Source of the DNA: Acidimicrobiales bacterium
Lineage (GTDB): Bacteria; Actinomycetota; Acidimicrobiia; Acidimicrobiales; RAAP-2
Direction: 5' to 3'
Assembly (NCBI GenBank): GCA_035532375.1
Contig: DATKRC010000125.1
Location: 5,805-69,804 of the forward strand
DNA length: 64,000 nt
Part shown: one piece after another, positions 42,540-52,306 of the stretch
Position numbering within the stretch: the stretch's first letter is position 1
Layout of the letters: each line of letters starts with the position of its first letter
The notes under the pieces: generated by a model
What the model was told of the DNA's origin: nothing
The model's database searches: none
Seen by the model: the letters and a program-made list of their open reading frames with translations, nothing else
Program-made: the position numbers and the translations under genes

Positions 42540-43058
42540 TGTTCGAAGACCTTCGTTTACTCGTTACTCGACCGATTGTTCGGCGCGGTAGCGACATTGA
42601 TTGACGCCGACAATGTACCAAGTAGCGGTGTTGATCGGGCGTACTTGAAGCATTGACCGAGTCACTTACTCACCTCGTCGAGGCAATTGCCGCGCATCGA
42701 ACTCTCATACGGCGGCCGAATCACGGCGTGAAGGCGCCTTTAAGACCCATCTTTCGAGAAGAATGCGCCACACGGTCACCGAAAGGTCCCAGTTGACAAA
42801 CTATTTTTGGTGTATGGATCGAAGCATTCAGTTCTTGTTTGCACACGACGTTCCGCAATCCGAAGGCGCGACGATTCATCCCATCGTTCCTCCATCACCC
42901 GAACCGAATGACGACGACAAGATTGGCTTCACACTCGATGTCGCCGCGCGTCTCGATCGGGAATCCGAAGAGGGCGACGAACGTGCCGTCGTCATACCGA
43001 TTGGCAAGCCGAGGGCGCCGACGCTCGCCGACTCTGCCTGATTCGTTTTGAGAGTTGA

Positions 43059-43451
43059 TCAATCGATCGACTGCGAGATCTCCCAAATAAATCCATCGGG
43101 ATCCTTGAAGTGCGCCGTACGTCGTCCCCATTCGCGATCAATTGGATCAAGGAAGAATGCGACACCCTTGGACTTGAGCGTCTCAAAGGCCTCGTCGACA
43201 TTCTCAACAAAGATGTTGAACAGCGCTACGGGTCGTTGACCACGGGGCGTACTCGGATCGACCGCGGACAGGAACTGCGCACCGGCGATGGTCACCAGGA
43301 GCAACAGGTCGTCACCGAGGAGAACTCCGGCCGACGTTGAATCTTCGAATGCGAACTTGAATCCAAGGGTCTCGACGTAAAACGTCTTGGCTCGTTCCAG
43401 ATCTTCGACGAATAACACCAGCGGACCGAATCCGCCAATCGCATGACCCAT
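43059..43451 (-). CDS. VOC/glyoxalase family protein
   Basis: VEDLERAKTFY, WGRRTAHFKDPDG. Confidence 0.9.
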   Translation of the reverse strand: MGHAIGGFGPLVLFVEDLERAKTFYVETLGFKFAFEDSTSAGVLLGDDLLLLVTIAGAQFLSAVDPSTPRGQRPVALFNIFVENVDEAFETLKSKGVAFFLDPIDREWGRRTAHFKDPDGFIWEISQSID

Positions 43452-43585
43452 TTTCAACCTCCACAATTCGACGGTCGTCAGTCTTGCTTGGCTGACCAGT
43501 CCAAAGTAGCGGCTGCTCGCATATCGCCGGATTGACGGAAGGAACCCAAAGAATTCAAGGACGATACCTATGGCAGTCTTGATAC

Positions 43586-44830
43586 GTGAGTGCTGACAAC
43601 CCCGATCTGGTCGCCGTTGTTGACAGAGCTCTGGATTGGCTGGTTGCCAGTGCCCGAGTCACTGAACATGGAGTCGCCTGGGCTGACACGCAAAGCGCCG
43701 ACGACCTCAATCCGAATCTTTACAACGGTGGCGCCGGAATCGTGATGACCCTCCTCGAGGCGTATCGACACTTCGACGATGATCGTTTCGGAGACCTCGC
43801 GCTCGCGACGAGTCGAGACCTTGGTGTAATGCTCGACACGTGGGAGCACTGTTCCCTTTATTTCGGGCTCACTGGAATGGCCGTAGCGCTCCAGGCTGTT
43901 CACGAGGTGTTGGGTGACTCGCTCGCTCGAGCGAACGCCTTAAAAGCATTGCATCTCGTGCGCGCTCGATTCGACGGCGAACGTTGGAGCGATCAGTTCG
44001 AACTCCTTGGGGGAAACGCCGGCATCGGTCTCGGCGCACTACGCGTAGGCGACACTGACCTGGCAGTTATGGCTGTGACGCCGTACATTCAACGAGCGGA
44101 GAAAACGAAGGCGGGCATCAATTGGGAGGTTCGAGAAGGAACTCCCGCGCGTTTCCACCATATTTCACACGGCACGCTTGGCATCGTCGAAGCGCTCGCC
44201 GCAGTGGGAGCTGCGGCGAAAAACCCCGACTTGATCGATCTGGCCCTCGCCGGGGCGTCGGACGTCGTCAGCCGCAACGAGTCGGAAGATGGCTTCTTGG
44301 TTCCGCATTCCGATCCGCAGCACCGACCCGAATTGATCGATCGTCATAGCTACGGCTGGTGTCACGGTCCAGCCGGTGACGCTCAAGTCTTTCGCCTCCT
44401 CGCCGCCGTGACCGGCGATGACAAATGGATGGAACTTACCGACCGATGTTGGCGAACGTTGTTGGAATCTGGCGTCCCCGAACGCGTGCGCCCCGGATTC
44501 TGGGACAACAGTGGCCGGTGCTGTGGAACCGCCGGCGTACTGGCCCTCGCCTGCGATCGATATGTCGAGAGGGATCAAGACCTCGCCTTTGCGCGCGTGC
44601 TGGTCCACGATGTTTGTCGGAGAGCGACGTTGGACGGCGAAGGTGCGCGGTGGTCGAACTTTGAGCACCGAGTCACGCCGAGCGAACTCGAACCGAGAAC
44701 TGGTTGGGCGATGGGCAACGCCGGCATCATCCGTGAGCTTCTGCGCTTTGCGCGAATTGTCGACGGTCGCTCGTCGGACTATTTCGTCCTCTGGCCCGAT
44801 CAGCCTGCCACTGGACCGCGCACGCTGTAA
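43586..44830 (+). CDS. Stand-alone lanthionine synthetase C-like protein
   Basis: LYNGGAG, SHGTLG, WCHGPAG, CCGTAG. Confidence 0.85.
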   Translation: MSADNPDLVAVVDRALDWLVASARVTEHGVAWADTQSADDLNPNLYNGGAGIVMTLLEAYRHFDDDRFGDLALATSRDLGVMLDTWEHCSLYFGLTGMAVALQAVHEVLGDSLARANALKALHLVRARFDGERWSDQFELLGGNAGIGLGALRVGDTDLAVMAVTPYIQRAEKTKAGINWEVREGTPARFHHISHGTLGIVEALAAVGAAAKNPDLIDLALAGASDVVSRNESEDGFLVPHSDPQHRPELIDRHSYGWCHGPAGDAQVFRLLAAVTGDDKWMELTDRCWRTLLESGVPERVRPGFWDNSGRCCGTAGVLALACDRYVERDQDLAFARVLVHDVCRRATLDGEGARWSNFEHRVTPSELEPRTGWAMGNAGIIRELLRFARIVDGRSSDYFVLWPDQPATGPRTL

Positions 44831-44878
44831 GACTTCGAATCGGGCCAGGGCTGCGATCGCGACGAATAGAGTTCCCTG

Positions 44879-45550
44879 ATGCGAAGTCACCCTCGTGCGT
44901 GGATGAGCTGGAGCAGCGGCAAGGACAGTGTGATGGCGTTGGCGGCTTCCCGTCGAGACGAAACAATCGACGTCGTGGGTCTTCTGGTCACGATGAACGA
45001 ATCGGCCGACCGAGTTGCCATGCACGCAGTTCGGCGTTCACTCGTCGAGGCTCAGGCCGAGCGACTAGGCCTGCCGCTCACGCTTGCGGAAATACCGGAA
45101 CACTGCACGAACGCGATGTACGAAGAGAGAATGACGCAGGCCATTGATGCCGCTCTCCGCGACGACATTGAGCACTTCGTATTCGGCGATCTCTTCCTCG
45201 AAGATGTACGGCTCTACCGAGAGAGCCAACTGAACGGAACCGGCATTTCGCCACTCTTTCCTTTGTGGGGGCTTCCCACGGACGAACTCGCACGCTCGGT
45301 GATTGAGGCGGGTGTGCGCGCGGTGATCACGTGCGTGGATCCGAAGCAAATGCCGTCTGAGTTCATCGGCAGAATGTTTGACGCCACGCTTCTCGAGGAA
45401 TTGCCGACCGATATCGATCCGTGTGGCGAACGAGGTGAGTTCCATACGTTCGCCTTCGACGGACCGGGTTTCTCCTCGCCAATCGACATTGAAATCGGCG
45501 AGGTCGTCGAACGCGGTGGATTCGTATTCTGCGACGTGCTGCCCGTCTGA
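44879..45550 (+). CDS. PP-loop ATPase (diphthamide synthase/MJ0570-like)
   Basis: SWSSGKDS, FGDLFLED, DPCGERGEFHT. Confidence 0.88.
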   Translation: MRSHPRAWMSWSSGKDSVMALAASRRDETIDVVGLLVTMNESADRVAMHAVRRSLVEAQAERLGLPLTLAEIPEHCTNAMYEERMTQAIDAALRDDIEHFVFGDLFLEDVRLYRESQLNGTGISPLFPLWGLPTDELARSVIEAGVRAVITCVDPKQMPSEFIGRMFDATLLEELPTDIDPCGERGEFHTFAFDGPGFSSPIDIEIGEVVERGGFVFCDVLPV

Positions 45551-45558
45551 AAACGCGG

Positions 45559-46968
45559 CTAACTGGAAGGAACTCCACGAAACGCCACGACGCGGTAAGA
45601 GGAAGCGAGCAGCAAGAGTCCGTCACCCACGCTCGGAGTCGTGAAGTCGTTAGCGAGAGTACCGACTGATGCCTGTTGGCGAATGTTCCCTGTGGCGTCG
45701 TCGAGTCCGTAGAGGACGCCATTCTTGCCCACCGTCCACACCAGACCGGCCGCCACGATCGGCGGACCGCCGCCCACACTCGCGCTCCAGAGCACTCGCA
45801 TTGACGCAGGTGACTTCGAAGTGTGCAGCGCGACCGGTCCGTTGAGACACGGCAGATATACCGTCGCACCTACGATGGCGCTGCCACCGTCGATGTCGTT
45901 CGAACACACGGAAGAAAGGCTCGCCTCTTGGTTTCCAATGCCGCCCAGGCGCGCTCTGTTCAAGAGATAGACGGTCGGCGACTTGCCCGCGACCACCACC
46001 TGGCCGTCGGCGAGCAGCACCGGTGCCGTCGTCATGTCGTAGTCAGACGCGTTATCCGATGCCCAGCTCGAAGGAGCGAAATACTGTTCGAGTCTTTCGG
46101 TCGAACTGAGTTCCAGCACCGAGTCACTGTCGTCGTACGCCTGACCGGCACTGTGCACCGAGCCATTGCCGACACTCACCCACACGTTGCCCTTCGCATC
46201 GACCACCGGCGCCGCCCCACCCATCCAGATGGCACCTTGGGAATCCCCCGCACGCTCGTCGACGGTAAATATGTCGGGCGCGGAGCCACCCTCTCGTACC
46301 GAGATGACCCGACCACGGTACGGCGAACAATCGCCGTAGTTCCCTCCCATCGCAAAGACGACTCGCCCACCATCGAGGTTGAGCCCAGTTCTCTGCAGCA
46401 ACGCCGCCGGATCGGAACCGGCTGGATCGACTCGCTCTCGCAACTCGAGGGCTCCGTTTTTCGTGTTCAGACCGACCAGAAAGTGTTCGGGGTGCCCACC
46501 CTTGAACTCGTCGGCGACGATGAAGATCTCTGCGCGCGACGGATCGATCACCGGAGTACCGGTGATCCCGACGCTGGGCGAAATGTTCCCGCACGGCAGT
46601 TCCGATGACGGAACGGCGGTGGCGAGGTGCCGCTTCCATACGACTGAACCGTTCGCGGCCGAAAGCGCGTAGACCGTGTCGTTCTCGGTCGCGACGAAGA
46701 CGTCACTCGAATAGACCAGCGGCTCGCCGTAGATCTCTCCACTCAACTCCGGTGAAGTCCACGCCCTCTTGGTCGTCGTGACCGACCTCAAGACCGAAGA
46801 GAACCCGGTGTCGAGAGCGTCCCCGTGATACACGGTCCACGAAGAATCATTCGTCGATGCGCCCGTTGACGGAGGTTGGGCGACGCCCAAGAAGACCGAC
46901 GTCACGACCGCTGCCATCGCCAACATCGTGGCCAGCGACCAGGAGGAACGACGGATTCGCATGGTCAC
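45559..46968 (-). CDS. Secreted PQQ-like beta-propeller protein
   Basis: Signal peptide; VYALSAANGSVVW and GITGTPVID repeats. Confidence 0.8.
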   Translation of the reverse strand: MTMRIRRSSWSLATMLAMAAVVTSVFLGVAQPPSTGASTNDSSWTVYHGDALDTGFSSVLRSVTTTKRAWTSPELSGEIYGEPLVYSSDVFVATENDTVYALSAANGSVVWKRHLATAVPSSELPCGNISPSVGITGTPVIDPSRAEIFIVADEFKGGHPEHFLVGLNTKNGALELRERVDPAGSDPAALLQRTGLNLDGGRVVFAMGGNYGDCSPYRGRVISVREGGSAPDIFTVDERAGDSQGAIWMGGAAPVVDAKGNVWVSVGNGSVHSAGQAYDDSDSVLELSSTERLEQYFAPSSWASDNASDYDMTTAPVLLADGQVVVAGKSPTVYLLNRARLGGIGNQEASLSSVCSNDIDGGSAIVGATVYLPCLNGPVALHTSKSPASMRVLWSASVGGGPPIVAAGLVWTVGKNGVLYGLDDATGNIRQQASVGTLANDFTTPSVGDGLLLLASSYRVVAFRGVPSS

Positions 46969-47029
46969 CTCAAACTAATTCCGAGATGCGATGCTCGTGA
47001 CCGCGACCATGTGACCCTGAACACCCGCC

Positions 47030-47280
47030 TGGTGTTTACTGCGCCGTCCAGAGCGCTGCGCCGGTGACTGTCGGCAGCGTCGCTACACAGATATGAGGTC
47101 ATGGCGCCAATTGAGGCCGGTGTCGTGAATTTGGACATCGACTGCTTTTCTGTCAACAGCCGCCCCTTCTCCACGTCTATCTGCGTCCGATTGTTCGGCA
47201 CGTTCTTGCAACTGGCTCTCGACCAGCGGCGTGAGGACCCAGCCGGGACAGATGGCGTTCACGGTGGCGCCATGATTGGC
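47030..47280 (-). pseudogene. C-terminal remnant of 3-hydroxybutyrate dehydrogenase-like SDR
   Basis: TVNAICPGWVLTPLV, then a frameshift to LLTEKQSMSKFTTP..YLCSDAA; N-terminus replaced by repeat R8. Confidence 0.75.
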
Positions 47281-47420
47281 CCGAAGGAATGATGCGAGAG
47301 GAATCGGTCGAACTCGCCCGGTGATGTCGGATTCATCCAAGATGGAATTGATCCCTTGTCCGATTGATCGGTTTGGGCCGGTGGTTTCGGATCGGCATGT
47401 GCGTTGAAACGTAGGATTTT
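47281..47420. repeat. Composite repeat R8 (most degenerate; tRNA part nearly lost)
   Basis: CGGTCGAACTCGCCCGGTGATGTCGG...GGGCCGGTGGTTTCGG...TGAAACGTAGGATTTT. Confidence 0.65.
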
Positions 47421-47469
47421 CAGCTCAGGGGACTGAAATTGACATCACCATGCTGAAAAAAGGAGAAAA

Positions 47470-47835
47470 ATGGCCAAGTTCATAGTTTCGTACGGTGCCA
47501 GCGCTATGGACCACATCCCCGATGAGGACATGCCCGCGGTGGCCGATGCCGCTCACGCTGTCGTCGAGGAGATTCTGAACGCCGGCGTCTATGTGCTCGC
47601 CGGCGGACTGGAAAATCGGAGCTCGAGCATCGTAGCCACCGATGGGACCGTCACCGACGGTCCGGGACCGGAGGCCATTGGCGGACTCACGATTGTCGAC
47701 GTGTCATCGCGCGAGGAGGCGCTGAAGTGGGCTGCCAAGATCGCGGTCGCATGCCGCTGCGCGCAAGAGGTTTGGGAGATAGGATTCGACCCCGAACTTG
47801 AGGCGATGATCGACCAGGCCGGTGGAAGAAGTTGA
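47470..47835 (+). CDS. YciI/DGPF-like protein
   Basis: AGVYVLAGGL, DGTVTDGP, SREEALKWA; AGGAG RBS. Confidence 0.85.
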   Translation: MAKFIVSYGASAMDHIPDEDMPAVADAAHAVVEEILNAGVYVLAGGLENRSSSIVATDGTVTDGPGPEAIGGLTIVDVSSREEALKWAAKIAVACRCAQEVWEIGFDPELEAMIDQAGGRS

Positions 47836-47875
47836 CGTCCCCACAACACAAAATCGCGGGAATGTTACTCAGGTC

Positions 47876-47949
47876 GTAAAGCCGGTGGGGACCGAACCCA
47901 CGACCGAGCCATTACGAGGTGGAGCAAACGGTCGGACTAATCCGGTGGC
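47876..47949. repeat. Composite repeat R7 (arm truncated)
   Basis: GCCGGTGGGGACCGAACCCACGACCGAG..GAGGTGGAGCAAACGGTCGGACTAATCCGGTGGC. Confidence 0.8.
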
Positions 47950-48040
47950 TTTGCCAATCGTTGGTGATGGATGGACGACGCGTGGCTCGACAAAGAATTC
48001 TTACAATTTTCATAGAATTAAACCCTCTTGACCTGCTAAA

Positions 48041-48067
48041 TTGGCACTCGATGCCGGTGAGTGCTAG
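48041..48067 (+). promoter_or_regulatory. CIRCE (HrcA operator)
   Basis: TTGGCACTC-N9-GAGTGCTAG upstream of hsp20; TTGACC -35-like box at 48028. Confidence 0.85.
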
Positions 48068-48107
48068 CCGGCATCACGAGACAAATGAGTGATTAGGAGG
48101 TAAGGCA

Positions 48108-48548
48108 ATGCCGCTTCTTGTTCGTTCCGAACCATATCGAGACTTTGATCGACTCTTTCAGCAGCTCATGGGAGAGTCGAGTCGCCGAGTTACGTCCGTC
48201 GGAATTCCGATGGACGCCTATCGGAAAGAAGACCAATTCTTGCTTCAATTCGATGTGCCTGGCGTGGACTCCGAATCGATTGAATTGACAGTCGACAACA
48301 ACACGTTGACTGTCAAGGCAGAACGTCAAGCGCCCGTACTCGCCGAAGGCATCGAAGCGTTGGTCGCAGAGCGTCCCCATGGGGTTTTCACCCGTCAGAT
48401 ACTTTTGGGCGACAATCTCGACACATCGAAGATCGATGCGCAGTTTTCCGACGGAGTGCTCACTCTGGCAATACCCGTTGCGGAGGAAGCGAGGCCTCGG
48501 CGAATTGACATTCGGCACGATTCATCTAAAACAGAGATCCTGGCGTAA
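48108..48548 (+). CDS. Hsp20/alpha-crystallin small heat-shock protein
   Basis: PMDAYR, FDVPGV, ERPHGVFTRQ, DGVLTLAIP; AGGAGG RBS. Confidence 0.95.
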   Translation: MPLLVRSEPYRDFDRLFQQLMGESSRRVTSVGIPMDAYRKEDQFLLQFDVPGVDSESIELTVDNNTLTVKAERQAPVLAEGIEALVAERPHGVFTRQILLGDNLDTSKIDAQFSDGVLTLAIPVAEEARPRRIDIRHDSSKTEILA

Positions 48549-48561
48549 AACCAACTCTTGT

Positions 48562-48601
48562 TCCGGGGTGGCCCGAGGCTTCGGCATCGAGCCACCCCGG
48601 A
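48562..48601 (+). terminator. Hairpin after hsp20
   Basis: TCCGGGGTGGC...GCCACCCCGGA 11-bp stem; no U-tract. Confidence 0.6.
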
Positions 48602-48668
48602 GTATCTCGACACTGCGTGCAGGTGCTTTTCTTGTATCACGGCAATCCCAAAATCCGAGCATCGGAAA

Positions 48669-48855
48669 GTGGAGTCGAAAGGTATCGAAGCCACAACCGA
48701 GGGATTATGAGGTGGAAGCAAACGGTCGGACTGGTCGGGTGACGTCGGATCGATCCAAGATTGCCCTAATTCCACGGTCCGGCGATATCAGATCGTAGTT
48801 TGTCGAACTCGATTTCATCTCCTCACTGGGAGAACCGAGGGCAACGTGGGATTTT
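48669..48855. repeat. Composite repeat R6 (degenerate)
   Basis: ATCGAAGCCACAACCGAGGGATTATGAG-GTGGAAGCAAACGGTCGGACTGG...AACGTGGGATTTT. Confidence 0.8.
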
Positions 48856-49259
48856 CTTGATTGGAGTAATCACGGGCGGATTCGTCTCGGCGGCCGTCGT
48901 ATCAGTTATGCCACCGGACACCAAGACTTCATCTATGCCGAACCTGATTGTCGTCGAGGGCCCCGCGCAACGAGTCTTCGAACATGCACTGCCATATCTG
49001 CGAAATTTTATGAATCCTTGATTGTCGGTTGATGAATGGGGGTCCAAGATGACGCAGCGGACCCGGGAATCCCAATTCGAAGGACTCCGAGAAACTATTT
49101 TTATATCGCACGATCTTTCACAATGCGCTCGCAAGGGAGTCAAGTTCGAAGGATCAGGAAACGGGGCCAAAGAATTAATTGCCGTGCTTCAACAGGTTGG
49201 GCTGCAACACGGTGGTGCAACGCCATAAGTTGTTGCACCTTGACAGAACGAGAAGAGGG

Positions 49260-49712
49260 ATGACCAACACTATTCACAATCTGAAGCGCCACAGGGATGC
49301 TGGGGAGATAAACGGTTTCACGTTGATCGAAGTCCTCATCGTCATCGTTGTTCTCGGTATCTTGGCTGCCGTCGTGATCTTCGCTCTCGGTGACATCACC
49401 GGCAAGACTGCAGTCGCTGCCTGCCAGGCTGACGGAGTAACGGTTACAACGGCGATTGCCGACTTCAATGCTCAGAACGCGAAATCCGCAGTGACTACGG
49501 CAGGGCTCTTAAATGGCACCTCCGCGAACGGCAATAGCCCGTATATTCAGTCGTGGCCGAGTAACACTCCTCACTACGCTTTCGAGCTTTCGACAGCTGC
49601 CGGTAGGCCCGTGTTAAAAGTCTCCATTACCCCTGCAGGAGCGGTCGTTGCATCTGCACAGGCCAATTACAAGCCTTACGCCGGTCCCGCTTCTTGCCTC
49701 GGCGTTTCATAA
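49260..49712 (+). CDS. Type IV pilin-like protein
   Basis: Prepilin motif G-FTLIEVLIVIVVLGILAAVV. Confidence 0.9.
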   Translation: MTNTIHNLKRHRDAGEINGFTLIEVLIVIVVLGILAAVVIFALGDITGKTAVAACQADGVTVTTAIADFNAQNAKSAVTTAGLLNGTSANGNSPYIQSWPSNTPHYAFELSTAAGRPVLKVSITPAGAVVASAQANYKPYAGPASCLGVS

Positions 49713-49752
49713 ACCGGCAACGACGTGAATTAAATTGACCGATCGATTTCCC

Positions 49753-49917
49753 AGAGCCGGTGGGGATCGAACCCACGACCGAGGGATTATGAGCTGAGGG
49801 CGAACAGTCGGACTGGTCTGGTGACGTCGGTTTCGTCCGAATATCACTGCAACAGTTGTCCGGTGACGTCGGATTGGTCTGGAGACGTCGGTTTGGTTTG
49901 TGGGATGAAACGTGGGA
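49753..49917. repeat. Composite repeat R5
   Basis: GCCGGTGGGGATCGAACCCACGACCGAGGGATTATGAG + arm ending GTGGGATGAAACGTGGGA. Confidence 0.9.
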
Positions 49918-50012
49918 CCTTCTGAGAGCGAATCACCGCGTGCGAGTTTGTTTCACATGCCGGAGTCGGCGCGATGCGACCCCGGCCGTCGATCACTTAC
50001 CTTCAGCGGTGT

Positions 50013-50636
50013 TCATGGTCCCGTGTCGTCTGAGACAACCTTCCAACCTTTGAGCGGCATCCTCGCGAGAGTTGCGAAAGTAGATGCAGCCATTGTTTCC
50101 GGGTAGGGCCTGTGCTTGACGTGCACCATCACTGCCGCAGTCGCATTCTTAGGGACCACGCCGACGTAGCCGCTCTTGGAACCGTCAAGATTCCTGCACC
50201 AGTGCACACCTATTGACTGCTGTTTGACATTGAGCACCGTCTCTTCGTTCTTGTAGACAGAGATTGGTGTGAGATGCCTGGCGGCGTAGTACTTCTTCAA
50301 TGCCAAGACGACATTCGCGGATATAGGCTTCACGGCCGACTTTGCGATAATGGGACAGGCGGGTAGTGAAGTGCCCCCTAGCGCCGGAGTTGACCCTGTG
50401 AACATAGTGAGCACCATTGCGACGGTCAACACAACCACGCCGCCCGCACGACGGACGCTTGCTTTCGGCGTCAACTCAATATCGGACTTTTGCTGCGAAG
50501 TCAGCCCCTGACACCGAGCGCCTCGGAAGCGCATCTGGTCCAACTGTTCGTAAGGCGCGATCTTCTTGATTTTGGCGACTCTTCCAAACGTAGTGAAGCA
50601 TTTCCCTGACCTGTTCTTGAGCACCGCAGCCTCCAT
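50013..50636 (-). CDS. Hypothetical secreted protein (true start probably near 50480)
   Basis: Signal-peptide-like RRAGGVVVLTVAMVLTMFTGSTPALG; C-terminal GWKVVSDDTGP. Confidence 0.55.
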   Translation of the reverse strand: MEAAVLKNRSGKCFTTFGRVAKIKKIAPYEQLDQMRFRGARCQGLTSQQKSDIELTPKASVRRAGGVVVLTVAMVLTMFTGSTPALGGTSLPACPIIAKSAVKPISANVVLALKKYYAARHLTPISVYKNEETVLNVKQQSIGVHWCRNLDGSKSGYVGVVPKNATAAVMVHVKHRPYPETMAASTFATLARMPLKGWKVVSDDTGP

Positions 50637-51076
50637 TCGTTAGACATTCACGCCATGATCTCGCGCACAATCGATATTCAATTTTGAAGGTAGCCAAAAG
50701 GAAATTGACTAGGGCCAAACGTCACAAGTGTCAGCGTCTCGGGCGTGAAGAATCTCTCTCCCCCCCGTTTCTTGTCGCAGTGGGGATAATCTTCCCGGTC
50801 CGATTTGTCCGGACTGGCGATCGTTCTTGCCTCAATTTCAATCCACTGCATTGACGGCAGGATGGCTGGACGGTGGAATGAGAATCGCTGTCGGTGGGTA
50901 TCTTGCGAGACCCCAGTCACCACGCGAAGATGGGCATAGCATCACCCGGAGCCGTTCCGACAAGAAACAGCGGCATGTCAAGGATCAGCTGACGTTGCGT
51001 GAAGGATCAGGTTGCGATGTCAACAATCCGGTGATGGCGAAATGTCAACCATTAACCGTTACAAAAAAGATTCTTC

Positions 51077-51242
51077 GTAGGGCCGGTGGGGATCGAACCC
51101 ACGACCGAGGGATTATGAGTTGGGAGCAAACCGTCGGAATGGTCCGGTGACGTTAACCATCCGAATTTCACTCCATCCATTGTCCGGTGGCGTCGGAATC
51201 GTCCGGTGGTGTCGATTTGGTATTTGAGAGATCAGGTGGGAT
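51077..51242. repeat. Composite repeat R4
   Basis: Exact match to the tRNA 3' half (GTAGGGCC...TTATGAG) followed by the arm. Confidence 0.9.
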
Positions 51243-51280
51243 GTCTCGGTTAGTTGACACCGATTCTGTACACTTCCTCG

Positions 51281-51742
51281 GTGATCGAAGAACGACTCAA
51301 TGAGCTTGGAATTGTCCTTCCACCGGTGTTCCCTCCCGCCGGCAACTACCTCGGCTGCGTCATCGTGGACGACATGGTTTACGTCGGCGGTCATGGACCG
51401 ATCGCGGGTTCGGACATCATTCGAGGAAAGGTCGGTGTCGACTTGACGTTGGATGAGGCGCAGGAAGCCGCGCGGGCAACCGCACTGTCAATCCTCGCAA
51501 CGCTAAAGGCAGAACTCGGTGATTTGGATCGAATTGAACGATTCGTCAAAGTCTTAGGGATGGTCAACGTCGCACCAGGGTTTAACCAAACTCCGGCTGT
51601 AATTGACGGCTGCTCGGATCTCCTTGTCAAAGTGTTCGGCGAAGCGGGACAACACACGCGGAGTGCAGTCGGACTAGCCGAGCTGCCTTTCGATATCGCT
51701 GTTGAGATTGAGTTAATTGCAAAACTGAAACCCGCTCGATAA
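51281..51742 (+). CDS. RidA/YjgF family protein
   Basis: YVGGHGP, GKVG, HTRSAVG..LPFDIAVEIE; leaderless TACACT-N6-GTG. Confidence 0.9.
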   Translation: MIEERLNELGIVLPPVFPPAGNYLGCVIVDDMVYVGGHGPIAGSDIIRGKVGVDLTLDEAQEAARATALSILATLKAELGDLDRIERFVKVLGMVNVAPGFNQTPAVIDGCSDLLVKVFGEAGQHTRSAVGLAELPFDIAVEIELIAKLKPAR

Positions 51743-51821
51743 CTGCATTTGTAGGGCGAACTTGGCGATAGAGGTCGGCGAAGTGACCTAGCATCACCAT
51801 CACCTTCACCACTGTTGGCCC

Positions 51822-52184
51822 ATGAATGGAAGGGGACAAGTGTCCACTATCACCGAACTCATCGATAGTGAGGTTGCGGCGTATAGAGACCGCGATCTCG
51901 ACAAGTATCTCAGTTTCTTCGCCGAAGATGTTGTTGTGACCGATTTCGAAGGGAATGTGCTGATGCGAGGAATCGAAGGGCTGAGGTCCAACTACCAGCC
52001 GCTATTTGAGAACAGTCCGGATCTCACAGTCGAAATCGTTTCGCGCATTGAGTCGGGAGGGTTCGTGGTCGATCTGGAGCACCTTGACGGTTTCATAAAT
52101 CCTCCGTATCCAGAAACTTTCGACGCCGCCGTTATCTATCAAGTGAAGGTCGGAAAAATCTCAGCAATGAAAATCCTGCTCTAA
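51822..52184 (+). CDS. SnoaL/NTF2-like protein
   Basis: AYRDRDLDKYLSFFAEDV, FVVDLE, IYQVKVGKI. Confidence 0.8.
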   Translation: MNGRGQVSTITELIDSEVAAYRDRDLDKYLSFFAEDVVVTDFEGNVLMRGIEGLRSNYQPLFENSPDLTVEIVSRIESGGFVVDLEHLDGFINPPYPETFDAAVIYQVKVGKISAMKILL

Positions 52185-52306
52185 ACAACTCCCGTCCGTG
52201 ATCCGGGGAAAAGCTTTCAGAGCCGTTCAGAAATCGGAGCACGCTCGATCTCTGTCCCCCAGCTCGCTTGTCCCCTTTAGTAAGTCCTATTTCTTTGCCA
52301 TCGAGC

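Noticed and set aside
42763-43041. Small ORF as a LanC precursor peptide
   Set aside because: No Cys/Ser/Thr-rich core, separated from lanC by an opposite-strand gene, and coding status is unsupported.
48800-49170. Short ORFs following R6
   Set aside because: They overlap the repeat and have no motifs or clear start signals.
49020-49259. Riboswitch upstream of the pilin gene (also checked upstream of the GGDEF gene)
   Set aside because: No c-di-GMP-I/II or other consensus recognised by eye; an Rfam scan would be needed.
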